A stretch of 63,984 nt of DNA, counting the filler, from Pirum gemmata (taxonomy: Eukaryota), in assembly GCA_002812295.1 (NCBI GenBank). It is 27 parts of 27 records of this genome, joined end to end, with 100 filler letters (N's around TTAATTAATTAA, not from the genome) between each part and the next. Parts side by side here need not be neighbours in the genome. Positions count along the whole stretch, not along the records: positions 33,465 to 35,453 come from PDIN01009574.1; positions 35,554 to 37,489 come from PDIN01009576.1; positions 37,590 to 39,493 come from PDIN01009577.1; positions 39,594 to 43,368 come from PDIN01009578.1; positions 43,469 to 45,456 come from PDIN01009579.1; positions 45,557 to 49,147 come from PDIN01009580.1; positions 49,248 to 51,184 come from PDIN01009581.1; 20 more parts are not named here. One strand, written 5' to 3'. Below, one piece after another: positions 35,427 to 49,361 of the stretch (positions within the stretch are counted from its first letter, which is position 1; every line of letters begins with the position of its first letter). Below the pieces are notes generated by a model. The model was not told the DNA's origin and did not search any database. It worked only from the letters and a program-made list of their open reading frames with translations. The translations under genes and the position numbers were made by a program.

Positions 35427-35842
35427 CTCAATTTGTTTTTTTTTTTTCAAATANNNNNNNNNNNNNNNNNNNNNNNNNNNNNNNNNNNNNNNNNNNNTTA
35501 ATTAATTAANNNNNNNNNNNNNNNNNNNNNNNNNNNNNNNNNNNNNNNNNNNNAAGTTCCAGTAGATATCTCACCCCTACTGTTTTTTTTTTTTTCAAGC
35601 CTGCTTGAACTAGTCTTGAACACTTGAACTCTAATTTTTTTTCCATCAAATTTTTTTGTTCTCATCAAAAAAACCTTTTTCGGTAATTGCACACTAATTG
35701 CACTATCCAGCAGATCCAGCAGTTATCTGACTTTCAGACTTAGACCAATAACATTTTTTTGTGGTCTTAAATTTAAAATTTGACCAATAAAAAAGGCTAA
35801 AAAAGGATAATTAAAAGTGATACTTGAAAACGGATTGAACAA

Positions 35843-36010
35843 TCCCTGACTTTTCCTGACTTTTTTATATATCAATACAACTATTAGCTAAAAAGTATTA
35901 TCNAAAAGTATTATTATTCCTGACTTTTTTATATATCATTACAAGGATTAGTTGAAAAGTACTGAAATCCCTAACTTTTTTATATATCAATACAACCATT
36001 CGTAAAAAAT
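35843..36010. repeat. Three ~65-bp repeats TCCTGACTTTTTTATATATCAATACAA, related to 1380-1570
   Basis: Direct inspection. Confidence 0.6.
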
Positions 36011-36030
36011 TACCAATTTTTCTATGATAT

Positions 36031-36302
36031 GGGAGCGTTCAAATAGTGTTCAAATAATACGTCACGTCAAGGGGTAGGTAGGTAGGTGGTATTTGATCAG
36101 AAATTAACGCCGAGGGGTAGGTAGGTAGGGACTAGGGAGTATTTGAAGCTGTACATGTATTTAACCGGAAATGAGGGAAGGGAGCTTTCAAATAATACGT
36201 CACGTCAAACAGGAAATTGGCGTTAGGGAAGGAGCGTACAAATAATAAGTCACGTCAAGGGGTAGATAGGTATCGTGTATTTCTAACGACGTCGAGGGGT
36301 AG
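36031..36302. mobile_element. Cluster of rearranged MITE family B termini
   Basis: Several GGAGCGTTCAAATAATACGTCACGTCAA variants in tandem. Confidence 0.7.
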
Positions 36303-36748
36303 ACTAAAAAAAAAAAAAAAAAAAACTACACGGTAACACGTGATACTACCTGTGTAGACTTTTTGAAAAATAGTCTACCAGCTATGGGAGCGTTCAAATA
36401 CCACCCTATTAAACCCAGTCCTAAGAGTGTCCTAAGAGTGTCCTAAGACTCCTAACCCCATTTTTTGAGTGTAGACTAGACCGGTCTACATTTTTATTTT
36501 TATTTTTTTTGCTATCGTGTAGTTGTCCTCTCGATCTTTAATTTGGTACTGTTTAAGTGTATAATTGAACTTGTTTATAAAATACAACATTAAGTATAAA
36601 ATACCAAATTAATTAAAACATGTCTGATTTAGTTTTTGAACTGGACACCACTATTATTGAAAAACACGATAACCTCATTTCCCGTTTCCCCTATCTAACC
36701 CCTCTCCCTACCCCTCTCCATACTAGAGAGTCAGCCCTGTACTTGGAG

Positions 36749-36995
36749 ATACGGGAAAACATAATCGAATCAAACAGCTCGAACCCAATTATTAAATAGT
36801 GATAATTTTGAAATGATACCCCGACTTTTTTTTTTCGAGTTTTAAGTTTTTTCAATGAAATTTCTAAGAATTTTTAAGAATTTTTTAATGAAATCAAAAG
36901 TGAAATAATACACTGTCAAATTGTCAATACTTAAAATTAGATCGAAAAATTTCGAAAGTTTCGAACTAGTCTCGATTCGATGGTTTTTCCCACAT
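36749..36995. repeat. Dispersed repeat family D
   Basis: ACGGGAAAACATAATCGAATCAAACAGCTCGA..GTTTCGAACTAGTCTCGATTCGATG shared with 38330-38500 and, reversed, 24640-24710. Confidence 0.65.
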
Positions 36996-37269
36996 TTTCC
37001 TTTATTACGGAAGAGGGGGTTTCTCATTTCCTCTATCTTTACCTACAGTAACCTATCGACATGTCAGGAGTTAGAAATATATATTACAGTTGACGTCTCA
37101 ATCTTTAATTTGGTACTGTTTAAGTGTATAATTGAACTTGTTTATAAAATAAAATATTATGATATATAATATTGTGAAGTCACCTGTGCTATCCTTACAC
37201 TTCAGTTCCTATGGTTATATATTTAAGTTCTTGATTTATTGTAAATTAATTATTGTAAATTAATTATTG

Positions 37270-37443
37270 TACTTTTCCGTTATTTTGTCACTCTGTATGT
37301 TTATTTGGTGGGTGGGTTATAATCTTTAAATTAAAATTTTTAAATGAATAAATAAATAATAAAATATACCAAATTAAATGAAAAAGATTTACATTGTATT
37401 AATTTGGTACTTTTTATTGTATATTTTATGATAAAAAGAAGCA
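37270..37443 (-). mobile_element. MITE family A copy
   Basis: Matches the family body in reverse. Confidence 0.75.
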
Positions 37444-38571
37444 TTGGTCTATAGACTAACTCCAATTTTTATTATTATTATTATTATTANNNNNNNNNNN
37501 NNNNNNNNNNNNNNNNNNNNNNNNNNNNNNNNNTTAATTAATTAANNNNNNNNNNNNNNNNNNNNNNNNNNNNNNNNNNNNNNNNNNNNATTTTTACTTT
37601 AATTGGTATCTACTATAATTAGATTTACTATTTTAAGCTATTTAACTGCTATTATTAGTAAAGAACAAGGAACTAAGGTTGGCTCGATAAGCATCTGTTC
37701 GAAAAAAGTTGAGTAGATATCTCACCCCTACTACTGTTTCATAGTCATTATCAGCTAAAAGTTTTTCAATCGTGCTACTACCTACTGTTTAGTTTACTAG
37801 AGCTAACGTTGGCCTCCTCAAACCTTCCCTAGAATGTAGGCTGCTAGTTAGTATCTGATAGGCCTAGCCATCACATGAAGCACAAACCAGTACAAACCTG
37901 TAAGACTAGACTATCAGTAGAATGGCTGTAACCAGACTAGGGTTAGAGAGTGTTAGGGTTAGGGTTAGGGTTAGGGTTAGGGGTTAGGGTTAGGGTTAGG
38001 GTTAGGGTTAGGGTTAGTGGTTAGGGTTGGTGGTTAGGTGGCTGGGTTAGGTAGAATGGCTAACCTACATCAAAAAGTATTACATGTAAATCTGAATAAT
38101 ATTATGACGAACAACAACAACAAAATCCACAACAACGTTAACGACTACAACGCTATAATACAAAGGTTTAATAAAACCCAATATTTCTACAACAAAAGGA
38201 CAATACAACCGCTTATTATGGTATTATTATGAAAAGTACAACAAGCTAAAACCAAATGACAATCAAAACATTACCTATCATAAAAATAAAAATAAAAATA
38301 CAATGAGCTGGGAGATGCTGGGAGATGTAGGAAAATATAATCCAATCAAGCAGCTCGATTTTAATTAAGTGACAATTTTGAAAATTGTTATTCTTTTTTT
38401 TTCATTATTATTATTTCGAGTTTCAAGTTTTCCTATGAATTTTTTAATGATCGAAAAAATCTGAAAGTTTCGACTAATCTCGATTCGATGATTTTTGCCC
38501 ATAACTCCCTAATCAATCAAGTATCATAAGGTAGCTTTTTTTTAATAATATTATATCATATATAGCAAAAA

Positions 38572-38766
38572 AATGGTTATTTTCGCCATTATAATAATAT
38601 TTAATTACCGAAAAAAAATGGCGAATTTTTCCCATTATTATTATTATTATTATAATAAGAATGCCAATAAAATAAATAAAATAAATAAAATATTATTTAT
38701 TTTATTTATTTTATTGGCATTCTTATAATAATAATAATAATAATAATAATGGCGAAAATAACCATT
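38572..38766. repeat. ~195-bp foldback palindrome
   Basis: Inner arms of ~33 bp perfect (TAAGAATGCCAATAAAATAAATAAAATAAATAA). Outer arms AATGGTTATTTTCGCCATTAT / ATAATGGCGAAAATAACCATT. Confidence 0.85.
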
Positions 38767-39265
38767 ACTATATTATACAAATTTCTACTTCAATTATATA
38801 ATATTAACTTCGTTTTGGTGAATTGTTTTTTAATTAATCAATGTAATAATCACCTTCGTAACTTCTGTAGTAAACTGTATAATAATATAATGTCAAAATC
38901 TAAGCTCAAAAACTATTTCCGAAATTTTAACCACAATATTTCAAATAAATTTCACTTACAGCTTTACAGAACTCGACTTATTAAATAAAACCCTGTACCA
39001 CAAACAACAAAAAGCAAAGTTTTTGACTAAAGGGCTGGTTGGAGTTTTATAACTTGGGTTTAATAAGAAGCTGGAGAGTTTAGTTTTGAGAAAAGATACG
39101 ACGCCTTTGATGAATATGAGTGTTTATATTATAAATTATGATATATGGTAGTACTAGTGATAGTAGTAGTAAGCTAGTAGTAGTAGTAGTAGTATGTAGT
39201 GGTAGTAGTAGTAGTAATAGTAATAGTAGGAGTAGTAGTAGTAGTAGTCATAGTAGTCATAGTCA

Positions 39266-39342
<77 letters not shown>

Positions 39343-42300
39343 ATAGTAATAGTAATAGTAGTAGTAGTGGTGGTGGTGGTGGAAGTAGTAGTACGTAGTA
39401 GTGGTAGTAGTAGCAATAGTAGTAGCCATAGTACTAAGTCATAGTAGTAGTAGCAGCAGCAGTAGTGGTAGTGGTAGTGGTAGTGGTAGTGGTNNNNNNN
39501 NNNNNNNNNNNNNNNNNNNNNNNNNNNNNNNNNNNNNTTAATTAATTAANNNNNNNNNNNNNNNNNNNNNNNNNNNNNNNNNNNNNNNNNNNNTTATTAT
39601 TATTATTAATATTGTTATTATTATTATTATTATTATATTATTATTATTTAATGTTATTATGACTATTTATGATTTTTGTATTACACTCAATATCATTAAC
39701 TAATATCTAATATTATCATAATATATATAATAAATGCCAAACAGTGATTAATTGAAAATTTAAATTTACCTATCAATAATACATTATTGGATCATATTCA
39801 GTTAGTATAACCGTTAACGTTATAAACATTTACTTTTAATTGGTCGAATGTTAATTTATAAATAAAGGATGAATATAATTTGGATGTAATAACATTACAT
39901 AATTTAATAATATGAATTTATAATTTCATATTCATATCAAATTCATTTTTTAATATATGCATATGATATATAATATTATGATAAAAAACTATTACATCAT
40001 ATTATATAAAAACAAAGACCCCATGAAAAATCCTGATATAGTAGCACTAGTAGCTGTGGTTTTATAATAATATTATATTATCGATATGATAAATATGATA
40101 CTTGGTTCCCAAAATTTTACAAAAGTTACTGTGATGCAAACCTATAAATGCCCAACTTTTTTTTATTATCGTAATTAAAACCCCACTTTTGTATTTGAAA
40201 ATTTCGAATACATAAAAGTTTTATGTTCGAAAATAAAGCTAAAATTTCGGACATATTAAATGTTCGAGTTAGTGATCATTCATTTTAAAAATTATCAAAA
40301 GTTTCGAGCAGCTTTACATAGGCTTGATCTAAATAAAATGTTCAAGCTTAATCGATAATTTTCAGCCTTAGTAATCCTAAGTAATTATATTTGTTTGGGT
40401 ATTTGAGTTTCTCGGATGTGAAAAAGTTTTTCAAACTCATTTTCTATTGAAAAAAGTAAAATAAAAATTGAAACTTATCCAAACCTTTTTTTCCCAAAAA
40501 AAAAAAAAAATCGAGCCGATAACATTTTAAATTTTTGTTATAATATTATTATGAATCATAAAATTATTTTTCGGTAGGACTTCGCCAATCTTTCGCCAAG
40601 CACCTTTGCCTGGCCTCACAATTTCTAGCTAAAAAACCCAAAAGTTGAGCATTTGTAGACTATTTGTAGATTGTTTGCATCATATATGGAATTAATTGAT
40701 AATAATGTTGTTATGTAGCTGTTATGTTAATTAAAAACGTTAATTAATATTATTTTTTATCGTTATATATTATTATTGTTATTGTTACTGTTACTGTTAA
40801 TAAAATATTATTATTGTTATTGTTATTGTTAGCTTTATTGTTATTATTATTGTTGTTGTTATTAATATTGTGTCATTGATATTGCTATTATTATTATTAT
40901 TATTGTTATTGTTATTGTTATTGTTACATGTTATTGTTATTGTTATTGTTATTGATATTGTTACTGTTATTTCTATTGTTATTGTTATTTCTATTGTTAT
41001 TATTATTGTTATAGTTTATTGTTATTGTTATTGTTATTATTTAAAGCCTGTCATTGCGTGTCAAAGTTTTTGGTTCTTTTGTATTAATATCATTTTTTTT
41101 TTACAGTACTACCATCACCACAATTTATAGATCAAATGTTGAAATTATTATTATTATTTATACATTTAAATTTATGAGCTCATTTATATTATCATATAAT
41201 AAATAAATCAAATTTGTTTATTTACAATGATAAATAAATCGAATTTGTTTATTTATATAATAATAAATTAATTTATTACTAATGTACATATACAATGCTA
41301 TATAGCGTATAAGACTCGACATAATATAGATCTAAATAAAACTCTAAAAATAAAACAATATTCCTACGCTAATGGTGAGTGGTACATAGTCTACCAGTAG
41401 TATCGATAGTTATTGATATGATAGTTACTATGATAGCTAGTTGCTACCTTAGTATTGATACTATTGATACTAGTAGCTAGCTAGACTAGCTAGTTGCTAG
41501 GTAGCTATAGTANNNNNNNNNNNNNNNNNNNNNNNNNNNNNNNNNNNNNNNNNNNNNNNNNNNNNNNNNNNNNNNNNNNNNNTTTACTTGTGCTTTCATT
41601 ATTGTTGCTTCTATTATTATTATTTCTATACTTACAATTTTTACCTTTAATTAACACATTGACCATTATTTTTATATGCATAATAATCTCTAACGGTTTG
41701 GATAAATATATCATGTATCGACTGCGTGTTCCATATACTTTTTCCACTCTTTATCATAGTCCACCTGTTCGGTTTTAATAATTAAAATTTGATCTGAAGT
41801 AAGACCTTCCATAAGTATGAGTCTGTCCGTGTTAACTTCCATGTACATAAAATATAGTTTCATAACTATTCCACTGGTTTTCTGGTAACTTACAATTATT
41901 TTCTCCTACCAGCTTCTCAATATGAGAATCTTCTTTTCCTTTTCCCATATTAAAAATTTATATATAATATATTAAAATATTATATTATATTAATATAACA
42001 TTATTAATTGTTTTAATTTTTTAAGTGTACGTATACACTGGTATTGATTGTATTTATTTTTATTTTTATTTTTATTTTTATTTTTATTTTTATTTTTTTA
42101 AAAGAACAAACTTGATTGTTAATCAATCAAATTATAAATATAACTAATAATTATTTTAAAATCTAAACAATATTAATTAATTAAGAATTATAAATATTGT
42201 AAAACCAAACAATAACAAAACATTTATTTGATTATAAAAAACATTAATAAAAACAGTACAACAACAAACAATTCAAAAATTCAATACAACTTTTTTCTCA

Positions 42301-42399
42301 CAATATAATACTTATTTATCAAAAGTAACTTTTTATCATAGAACAAGGAGTTGAACTCCTTAGAACAGAACTACACTTTAGAAATTCTATGTATATAAG

Positions 42400-42511
42400 T
42401 TACGTCAAGGGGTAGGTAGGTAGGTGGTATTTGACCGGAAATTAACGTCGAGGGGTAGGTAGGTAGGGGTATTTGAAGCTGTATTTGACTGGAAATTGGC
42501 CTTACGCTCCC
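42400..42511 (-). mobile_element. MITE family B copy
   Basis: Ends ACGCTCCC-TTA, body matches 13775-13870 in reverse. Confidence 0.75.
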
Positions 42512-42792
42512 TTATGATATTATTTCTCTACTGTGTCATAGCTAGTCTAGCTAGAGCTAGTAGAGACTAGAGAGACTATTCTAGTAGAGGTAGCTAGCTA
42601 CTCCAGCTACTCGGATAACTAGAGTCACTAGACTAGTCTACTAGAGACTACTACAATTAATTAATTATTATTTCGACTGTCTAGCTAGTCCAGGCCCTAC
42701 CACTCAGCTCCAGGCCCCCCTAGCTTAGCCTAGTAGCTAGCCAGCACCCCCCGCCCCCACCGGTCTAGCTAGCTAGAGTCTAGACTAGCTAG

Positions 42793-42917
42793 CGCTTTTC
42801 ATTTATTTTGTCACTGCGAATATTTATTTGGTTGGGTATAATTTTTTAATTGATACTTTTAAATCAACTTATAGATAATAAAATATACCAAATTAAATGA
42901 AATAGATTTATATTGTA
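42793..42917 (-). mobile_element. MITE family A copy (partial)
   Basis: GCTTTTCATTTATTTTGTCACT followed by the family body. Confidence 0.75.
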
Positions 42918-44668
42918 TCGAACCCGATATTATTATTCCAGAAGTGTCTTATGATACAAAGGGGTTGGCCAAAAAAAAACCAAGCTTGATAAAACTGTCT
43001 AGAAAAGTTCTAGAAACCATTTTTTTTTCTTTTTTTATCAAAATTTTTTAAAAACTTCCTTTCTAAAAACTTTTTTAAATGCTATATAACTAGCCAAATT
43101 ATTTTTAAAAACTAGTCATTGGTTCATAATAGAGTTTTCTTACTTATATTATTTCTCAAATTTTGGTAGTACTTTCATTAAAATTGGATATTTTTGAGAT
43201 TTTTTGGAATTTTGAGCTTATATGGCGCCATTTTTATCTAACTTCTTTGGTATGCTATGCATTAGACCAGACCGTCTACTGGTAGTTAAAAAAAATTAAA
43301 AAGTTAAAAAAAGTACTAAAAAAGTAAAGTAGTCTATCCATATAAATTAGAAAAAATCTAAATAAAGANNNNNNNNNNNNNNNNNNNNNNNNNNNNNNNN
43401 NNNNNNNNNNNNTTAATTAATTAANNNNNNNNNNNNNNNNNNNNNNNNNNNNNNNNNNNNNNNNNNNNTTATTATTATTATTTAGGGGCGAGGTGGTAGG
43501 AGAAATCGATCTGCACCCAGGAGATTCAATTTATTTAATAAGTAAAGATAGTTCGGGTTGGTGGGTAGGTCGATCAAAACTAACTAAAAAAGTGGGCAAA
43601 TTCCCAGCTAACCATACGTCTGCAAAAATAATAAATGGATTAAAATAGGGTTAGGGTTAAGGTTAGGGTTAAGGTTAGGGTTAGAGTTAAGGTTAAGGCT
43701 AAGGTTAGGGTTAGGGTCAGGGTTAGGGTTAGGGTTAGGGTTAGGGTTAGGGTTAGTGTTAGGGTTAGGGTTAGGGTTAGGGTTTCGAGTTGGTGGATTG
43801 GTGGATTGGTCGATCGATATTCCGGGTTAGTGGAATGAACGATTGGAACTAACAAAAAAGTAGCCAAATTCCCAGCTAATTATACTTTTACAAAAATAAT
43901 AAATGTAACTAAGTAAAATAATTTAGCTTTTTATTATTTGTGTGTGTTTGTTTGTTTTGCTAGTTTTACTTTACTTATTTTTGTTTTGTTTTGGTTAGTA
44001 TTAAGTATAAGTATTATATGAAAAAATAATAATGTAATGAAATAAAATATTGTTGCTGCCTTTTTTAAAGAGAAGAGGAAAAAATTTCTCGGTTTTAATG
44101 TTGTTTGTTTGTTTGTGTTGTGTGTTTGTGCGTTGGTTGGTTTTTTGTTTGTTTATTTATTTGTTTATTGTTGTGGTTTGTTTGTCTTTGATTATACAAA
44201 AAAAAAAAGGAATGACATTATTTGTGAACATTTCCTTGACAACAAACAATAAATAACAAACAAACAACAAACAACAAACAACAAACAACAAACAACAAAC
44301 AACAAACAACAAACAACAAACAACAAACAGCAAACAAAAAACAACAAACAATGGATGATTCCTAAACGAAAAAAAAGAATGATGGATTCTTTTATTCCAC
44401 AACCGTGAAAGTTCGAAAAAAAATGTTTTCCAAAAGACCATTTGAGCCTATTGGCCAACCTACCAGACCCATCTAAATAGGGTATTTTAGGTTCTTTGCT
44501 ACTAAATATGTTATTTTTGATGCCTATTAGTAGGATAGACTATCTACTATATGTCCATCTGAAGACCTCTTTTGTTAGTCTCAAGGCCTAAAACTAACAA
44601 CTACTATGCCTAGAACTAACAGGATAGAGATTAGTGGCCTATACAACAACAACATCATCAATAATAAC

Positions 44669-44716
<48 letters not shown>

Positions 44717-44893
44717 CAAAAAACAAAAACAAAAAACAAAAAAACAAAAAACAAAAAACAATCAACAATAAACAATAAAAAACTTTCAATATTTGCTTTT
44801 TTTACCATAATCATTTTTTTTATTTAAGAAAACTAGATTTCTTTAAAGCTTCAAAGGGAAAAGCCTTCTAAGCCCCCTAACCCTCCTTTTTTA

Positions 44894-45080
44894 TTATTGT
44901 AGCGCAGAAACTAAATTTTTTAAAAGAGTTAATGCAACGGATGATTTTTTGGAAATGTTATTTGCAATAGATAAAGCAGATAATCGGTTAACAAATAACT
45001 TAATCAAATCTGGTGTGTATTCTACAAAATCCGAAAATCCTTTTGTGCTATTGTACAAATCTTTTGCACTATTTCCTATT

Positions 45081-45111
<31 letters not shown>

Positions 45112-45390
45112 TTGTTGTTGTTGTTGCTGTTGTTGTTGCTGTTGCTTCTGTTGGTGGTGGTGATGATACTGTTGTTGAACTCGGCCCTGCTGCTAAATCA
45201 TTATTATGGCCTTTTTCTTCCATTTCTAATAGACTAGAGAATAAATTTGTTATTAAAATAATAACTTCTTCGCAATCTGTATCAGTGTATTTAGGTAAAA
45301 AATCAATGCGCTCAGCTATTTGACTTTGTTGAGTGGCCATTAAGTTTTTTAAATCTCCTAATTTAGCATTACTGTTCCTATTTATATAGG
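44894..45390 (-). CDS. Terminal exon of a helical protein with a T/A-rich insert (5' partial)
   Basis: Open frame NSNAKLGDLKNLM..LKNLVSALQ** with coding-like composition, downstream of an intron-like (TTTA)n tract. Confidence 0.6.
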
Positions 45391-45396
45391 TACGAT

Positions 45397-45445
<49 letters not shown>

Positions 45446-45659
45446 CAATAATAAATNNNNNNNNNNNNNNNNNNNNNNNNNNNNNNNNNNNNNNNNNNNN
45501 TTAATTAATTAANNNNNNNNNNNNNNNNNNNNNNNNNNNNNNNNNNNNNNNNNNNNTTAACATTGGAGCATTTTGAGATTTTTGGATTTTTGAGCTCATA
45601 TGCCGGATGTCGCAATTTTTATCTGGCTTGATAGTTAAAAAAATATGATAGTCTATTTT

Positions 45660-45721
<62 letters not shown>

Positions 45722-48049
45722 AAAAAAAAAAGTCCAGTTTTTGTTACAGTTATTATATAGTTATTAAAGTTTTAATTTGTTGATTTGTTTCATAAAATTT
45801 TGGTATATATATTATATAGTTAATAAGTTAACAATCTGATTGTCGTTGGGTTTTGGGTTGTTGTGATTTTCATATGACCTAGAAATACCATAAAATATAG
45901 TTAATTAACATTAATTTTGTGTTGTTCTTTTAGTATACAGAAATATTGGTTTTTTACTTTTATTCCCAATACACTCCCAATAGTATATATAGGACTGTAG
46001 TATTTTTTATGAAGTTTATTTGAGTTGTCGTCTATCTTATAATATATTTAGTTTTTAAAAGTTATAGTATTTTTTTTTTTGATTAGGACATTCTATTTTA
46101 AATTATTTATTAAAAAAATTTTGTCTGTGGTCAAAAACTTGTATGCATAGTTTGACTTCTGGTGAGAACTCTTTAGAGCAGTAAAATGACATTGAAAAGG
46201 TTGTTTTTTAGATGACCATTTGAGGCAATAAAAAAAAATTGGTACTCTTTTTTGTGTTTCTTCTCCTGTTTTTGTTTAGTTTCTCCCATTCATTTTGTTC
46301 TATTCCATGAGTTAGTTGTTGAGGTTGTTATCATTATAAGTTTTTCCTTTGAGTTTATATAATCATAATTATCATGTATATAGACCGGGGGGTCTAATGT
46401 ATCTGATATATAGGAGGGATGACACCGTCAAAATCGCCTACCCACAGGCACAGGGCCACACTGCAGGGCCACAGGCCTGGGCAATTGTCAACAAACAGAT
46501 GCAACAATTTGCCAACAAACCCACCAGACTACTATTTTTAGCAAAATTTCAGTAAATTCATTGACTAATTCGAATTTCGAGTACCGTAGTATAATGAGCA
46601 ATGTGCAACATCATTAGTAGATTCTTTTGGAATTTGTTTTCTTTATTTGGATGTTGATTATTGTTTTTTGTTTTGAAATATTTCCTTGTATGGCTATTGG
46701 TTACATAGACCCTATCATAGTTGCGGTAATTTACCATTTCCCAGTTATAACTTATAACAGATATTATGGACCATGGATTATTGGAAAAATTGGACAATCA
46801 CAACTTCACAAGGCTCACAACTTGAATCACAAGTTCTAAAACCATGTAGTCAGTGGCTAGTCACATTGTAGAAGTGAAAAAAAAAAAAAAAAAAAAAAAA
46901 AAAACTTCATTGGCAAGCAACAGATAACTAGAGCTAGCTAGAATCTAAAAAGGTTAATACTCTCATTTACTCTCATTTTTTATAAATGACAAAGTTTACT
47001 CCAGGCTCTCGTTTTCATCCTAACCCTAACCCTAACCCTAACCCTAACCCTAACCCTAACCCTAACCTCTAGTACCTAGTCTAGTATCACTCTAGTTTCA
47101 CTAACTAGTAGTAGTAAAACAGTAGTAAAACAGTAGTAAAACACTCTAAAAAACATAATTAACTATAATAACTATTTCTTGGGTAATTTGTATTGATTTA
47201 CTAATCATGATATTATTTTTTTAAAAAAAGAATACAATTATTATAAATTATAAATTATCCTGCTTTTCATTTTTATTGTAACTTTAAAGTATATCATATA
47301 AACGTGATTATTTTAGTTTGAAAAGTAAATAATAAATCAAATGATATTATACCAAATTATTTAAATCACATCAAATAGATTTATATTATTACATATTATT
47401 TTGATATTTTTTATTGAGTAAATTTTTATGACAAAACCATGATGAGACTACTACGACAAAACAAATGAAAAGTACTTTAGGTCAATGGTAAGTAATATGA
47501 AGCACTGGGCGGCGGCCCGGGCCGGACACATTTTGCGCAAAAAAAACCCCAAAACATTAATTATTTTTTTTTGAGAACTTCGAGCCCACTTTTTTTATCN
47601 ACTACTACTACTACTACTACTACTAGTCTACTACTACTACTACCACGACTACTACTACTAGCCCCCCCTAAATGTATAGCTTTGAGTTAGAAGAAAGAAA
47701 AAACTGAGCTTTACCCAAAACCAGATGGTTTATTTCATGAATGTTGTGAATAAATAAAAATAACAACTTAAATAACACTAAAAATCTAAAAGAATAAATA
47801 CCCTACTTTATGTTACATACTGTTGCATTTCCAACTCTGTAGAAGTTTGTAATATTATTTTATTTTGCCTTCTTATTATTTTCTTCAGTATCCATTATAT
47901 TGTTACATAGTCCTGTTGCATTAACAAAATTGCCAAATGAAAACCCCAACCGCAACTCCAACCCCACTAACCCTAACCTTAATATTAAGAATAGTATTAT
48001 TTTAACCCAAGGTCACGAAAACAAACATTGATAATCACTTTAATTATAT

Positions 48050-49147
48050 TGGTATCAGAATTATAACATGATAATATCACAATACAATAATATAACGAAC
48101 TCCAAATAGGAGTTTATTTAAAAAATAATCGTGCATTATAATGTTTATGGATTTTTGTCGCGGTTACCACAGCAACAACGTCGAAGAGTCTTAACGGGAA
48201 ATCATGACTAATAGAATCAGATAACAACATAATATTATCACAATACAATGTAAGGAACGCAAAATAGGAGTTTATTTAAAAGAATAGTCATTATAATGTT
48301 TATGGATTTTTGTCGCGATTACCACAGCAACAACTACGAAGAGTTTCAAAATAGTTTACACTTAACGGGAAATCATGACTAATAGAATCAGAATTATAAC
48401 AACATAATATTATCACAATACAATATATATAACGAACGCATAATAGGAGCTCGGGCTTATTATTTAAAAAAATAATCATAAATTATAATTAATGTTCATG
48501 AATTTTTCTCGCGGTTACCACAGCAACAACTACGAAGAGTTTCAAAATAGTTTACATTTAACGGGAAATCATGACTAATAGAATCAGAATTATAATAACA
48601 TAATATTATCACAATACAATATAATATTATATAACGAACGCAAAATAGGAGTTTATTTAAAAAAATAATCATTATAATATTTATGGATTTTTGTCGCGAT
48701 TGCCACAGCAACAACTACGAAGAGTTTCAAAATAGTTTACACTTAACGGGAAACCATGACTAATAGAATCAGAATTATAACAACATAATATTATCACAAT
48801 ACAATATATAAAATGAACGCAAAATAGGGTTTATTTAAATAAATAATCATAAATTATAATTAATATTAATGTTTATGGATTTTTCTCGCAGCTACCACAG
48901 CAACAACTACGAAGAGTTTCAAAATAGTTTACCGGAAATCATGACTAATAGAACCAGATTTATAACAACATAATATTATCACAATACAATATAATATTAT
49001 AGAATGAACGCAAAATAAGAATTTATTTATAAAAAAATAATCATAAATTATAATTAATGTTTATGGATTTTTCTCGTCGTTATCACAGCACTAACCACGA
49101 AGAGTTTCAAAATAGTTTACACTTAACGGGAAATCATGACTAATAGA
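48050..49147. repeat. Tandem satellite, ~185-195-bp unit, at least 6 copies (truncated by scaffold end)
   Basis: CCACAGCAACAACTACGAAGAGTTTCAAAATAGTTTAC recurs near 48167 (shortened), 48322, 48518, 48703, 48895, 49084. Confidence 0.92.
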
Positions 49148-49361
49148 NNNNNNNNNNNNNNNNNNNNNNNNNNNNNNNNNNNNNNNNNNNNTTAATTAAT
49201 TAANNNNNNNNNNNNNNNNNNNNNNNNNNNNNNNNNNNNNNNNNNNNAACACCAACACCAACACCAACACCACCACCACCACCACCACCAAACCACCACT
49301 ACCATCACCACCATCACCACCACCACCATCACCAACACCAAAAATAATATAAAAAGAAAAA

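Noticed and set aside
46349..46555. 68-aa ORF over a GC-rich CCACAGG patch
   Set aside because: TTG start, no recognisable motif and no splice support.
48050..49147. Possible CRISPR-like or ribozyme-bearing array
   Set aside because: The whole unit repeats with no unique spacers and no cas genes. No CTGANGA..GAAA hammerhead core was found on either strand.
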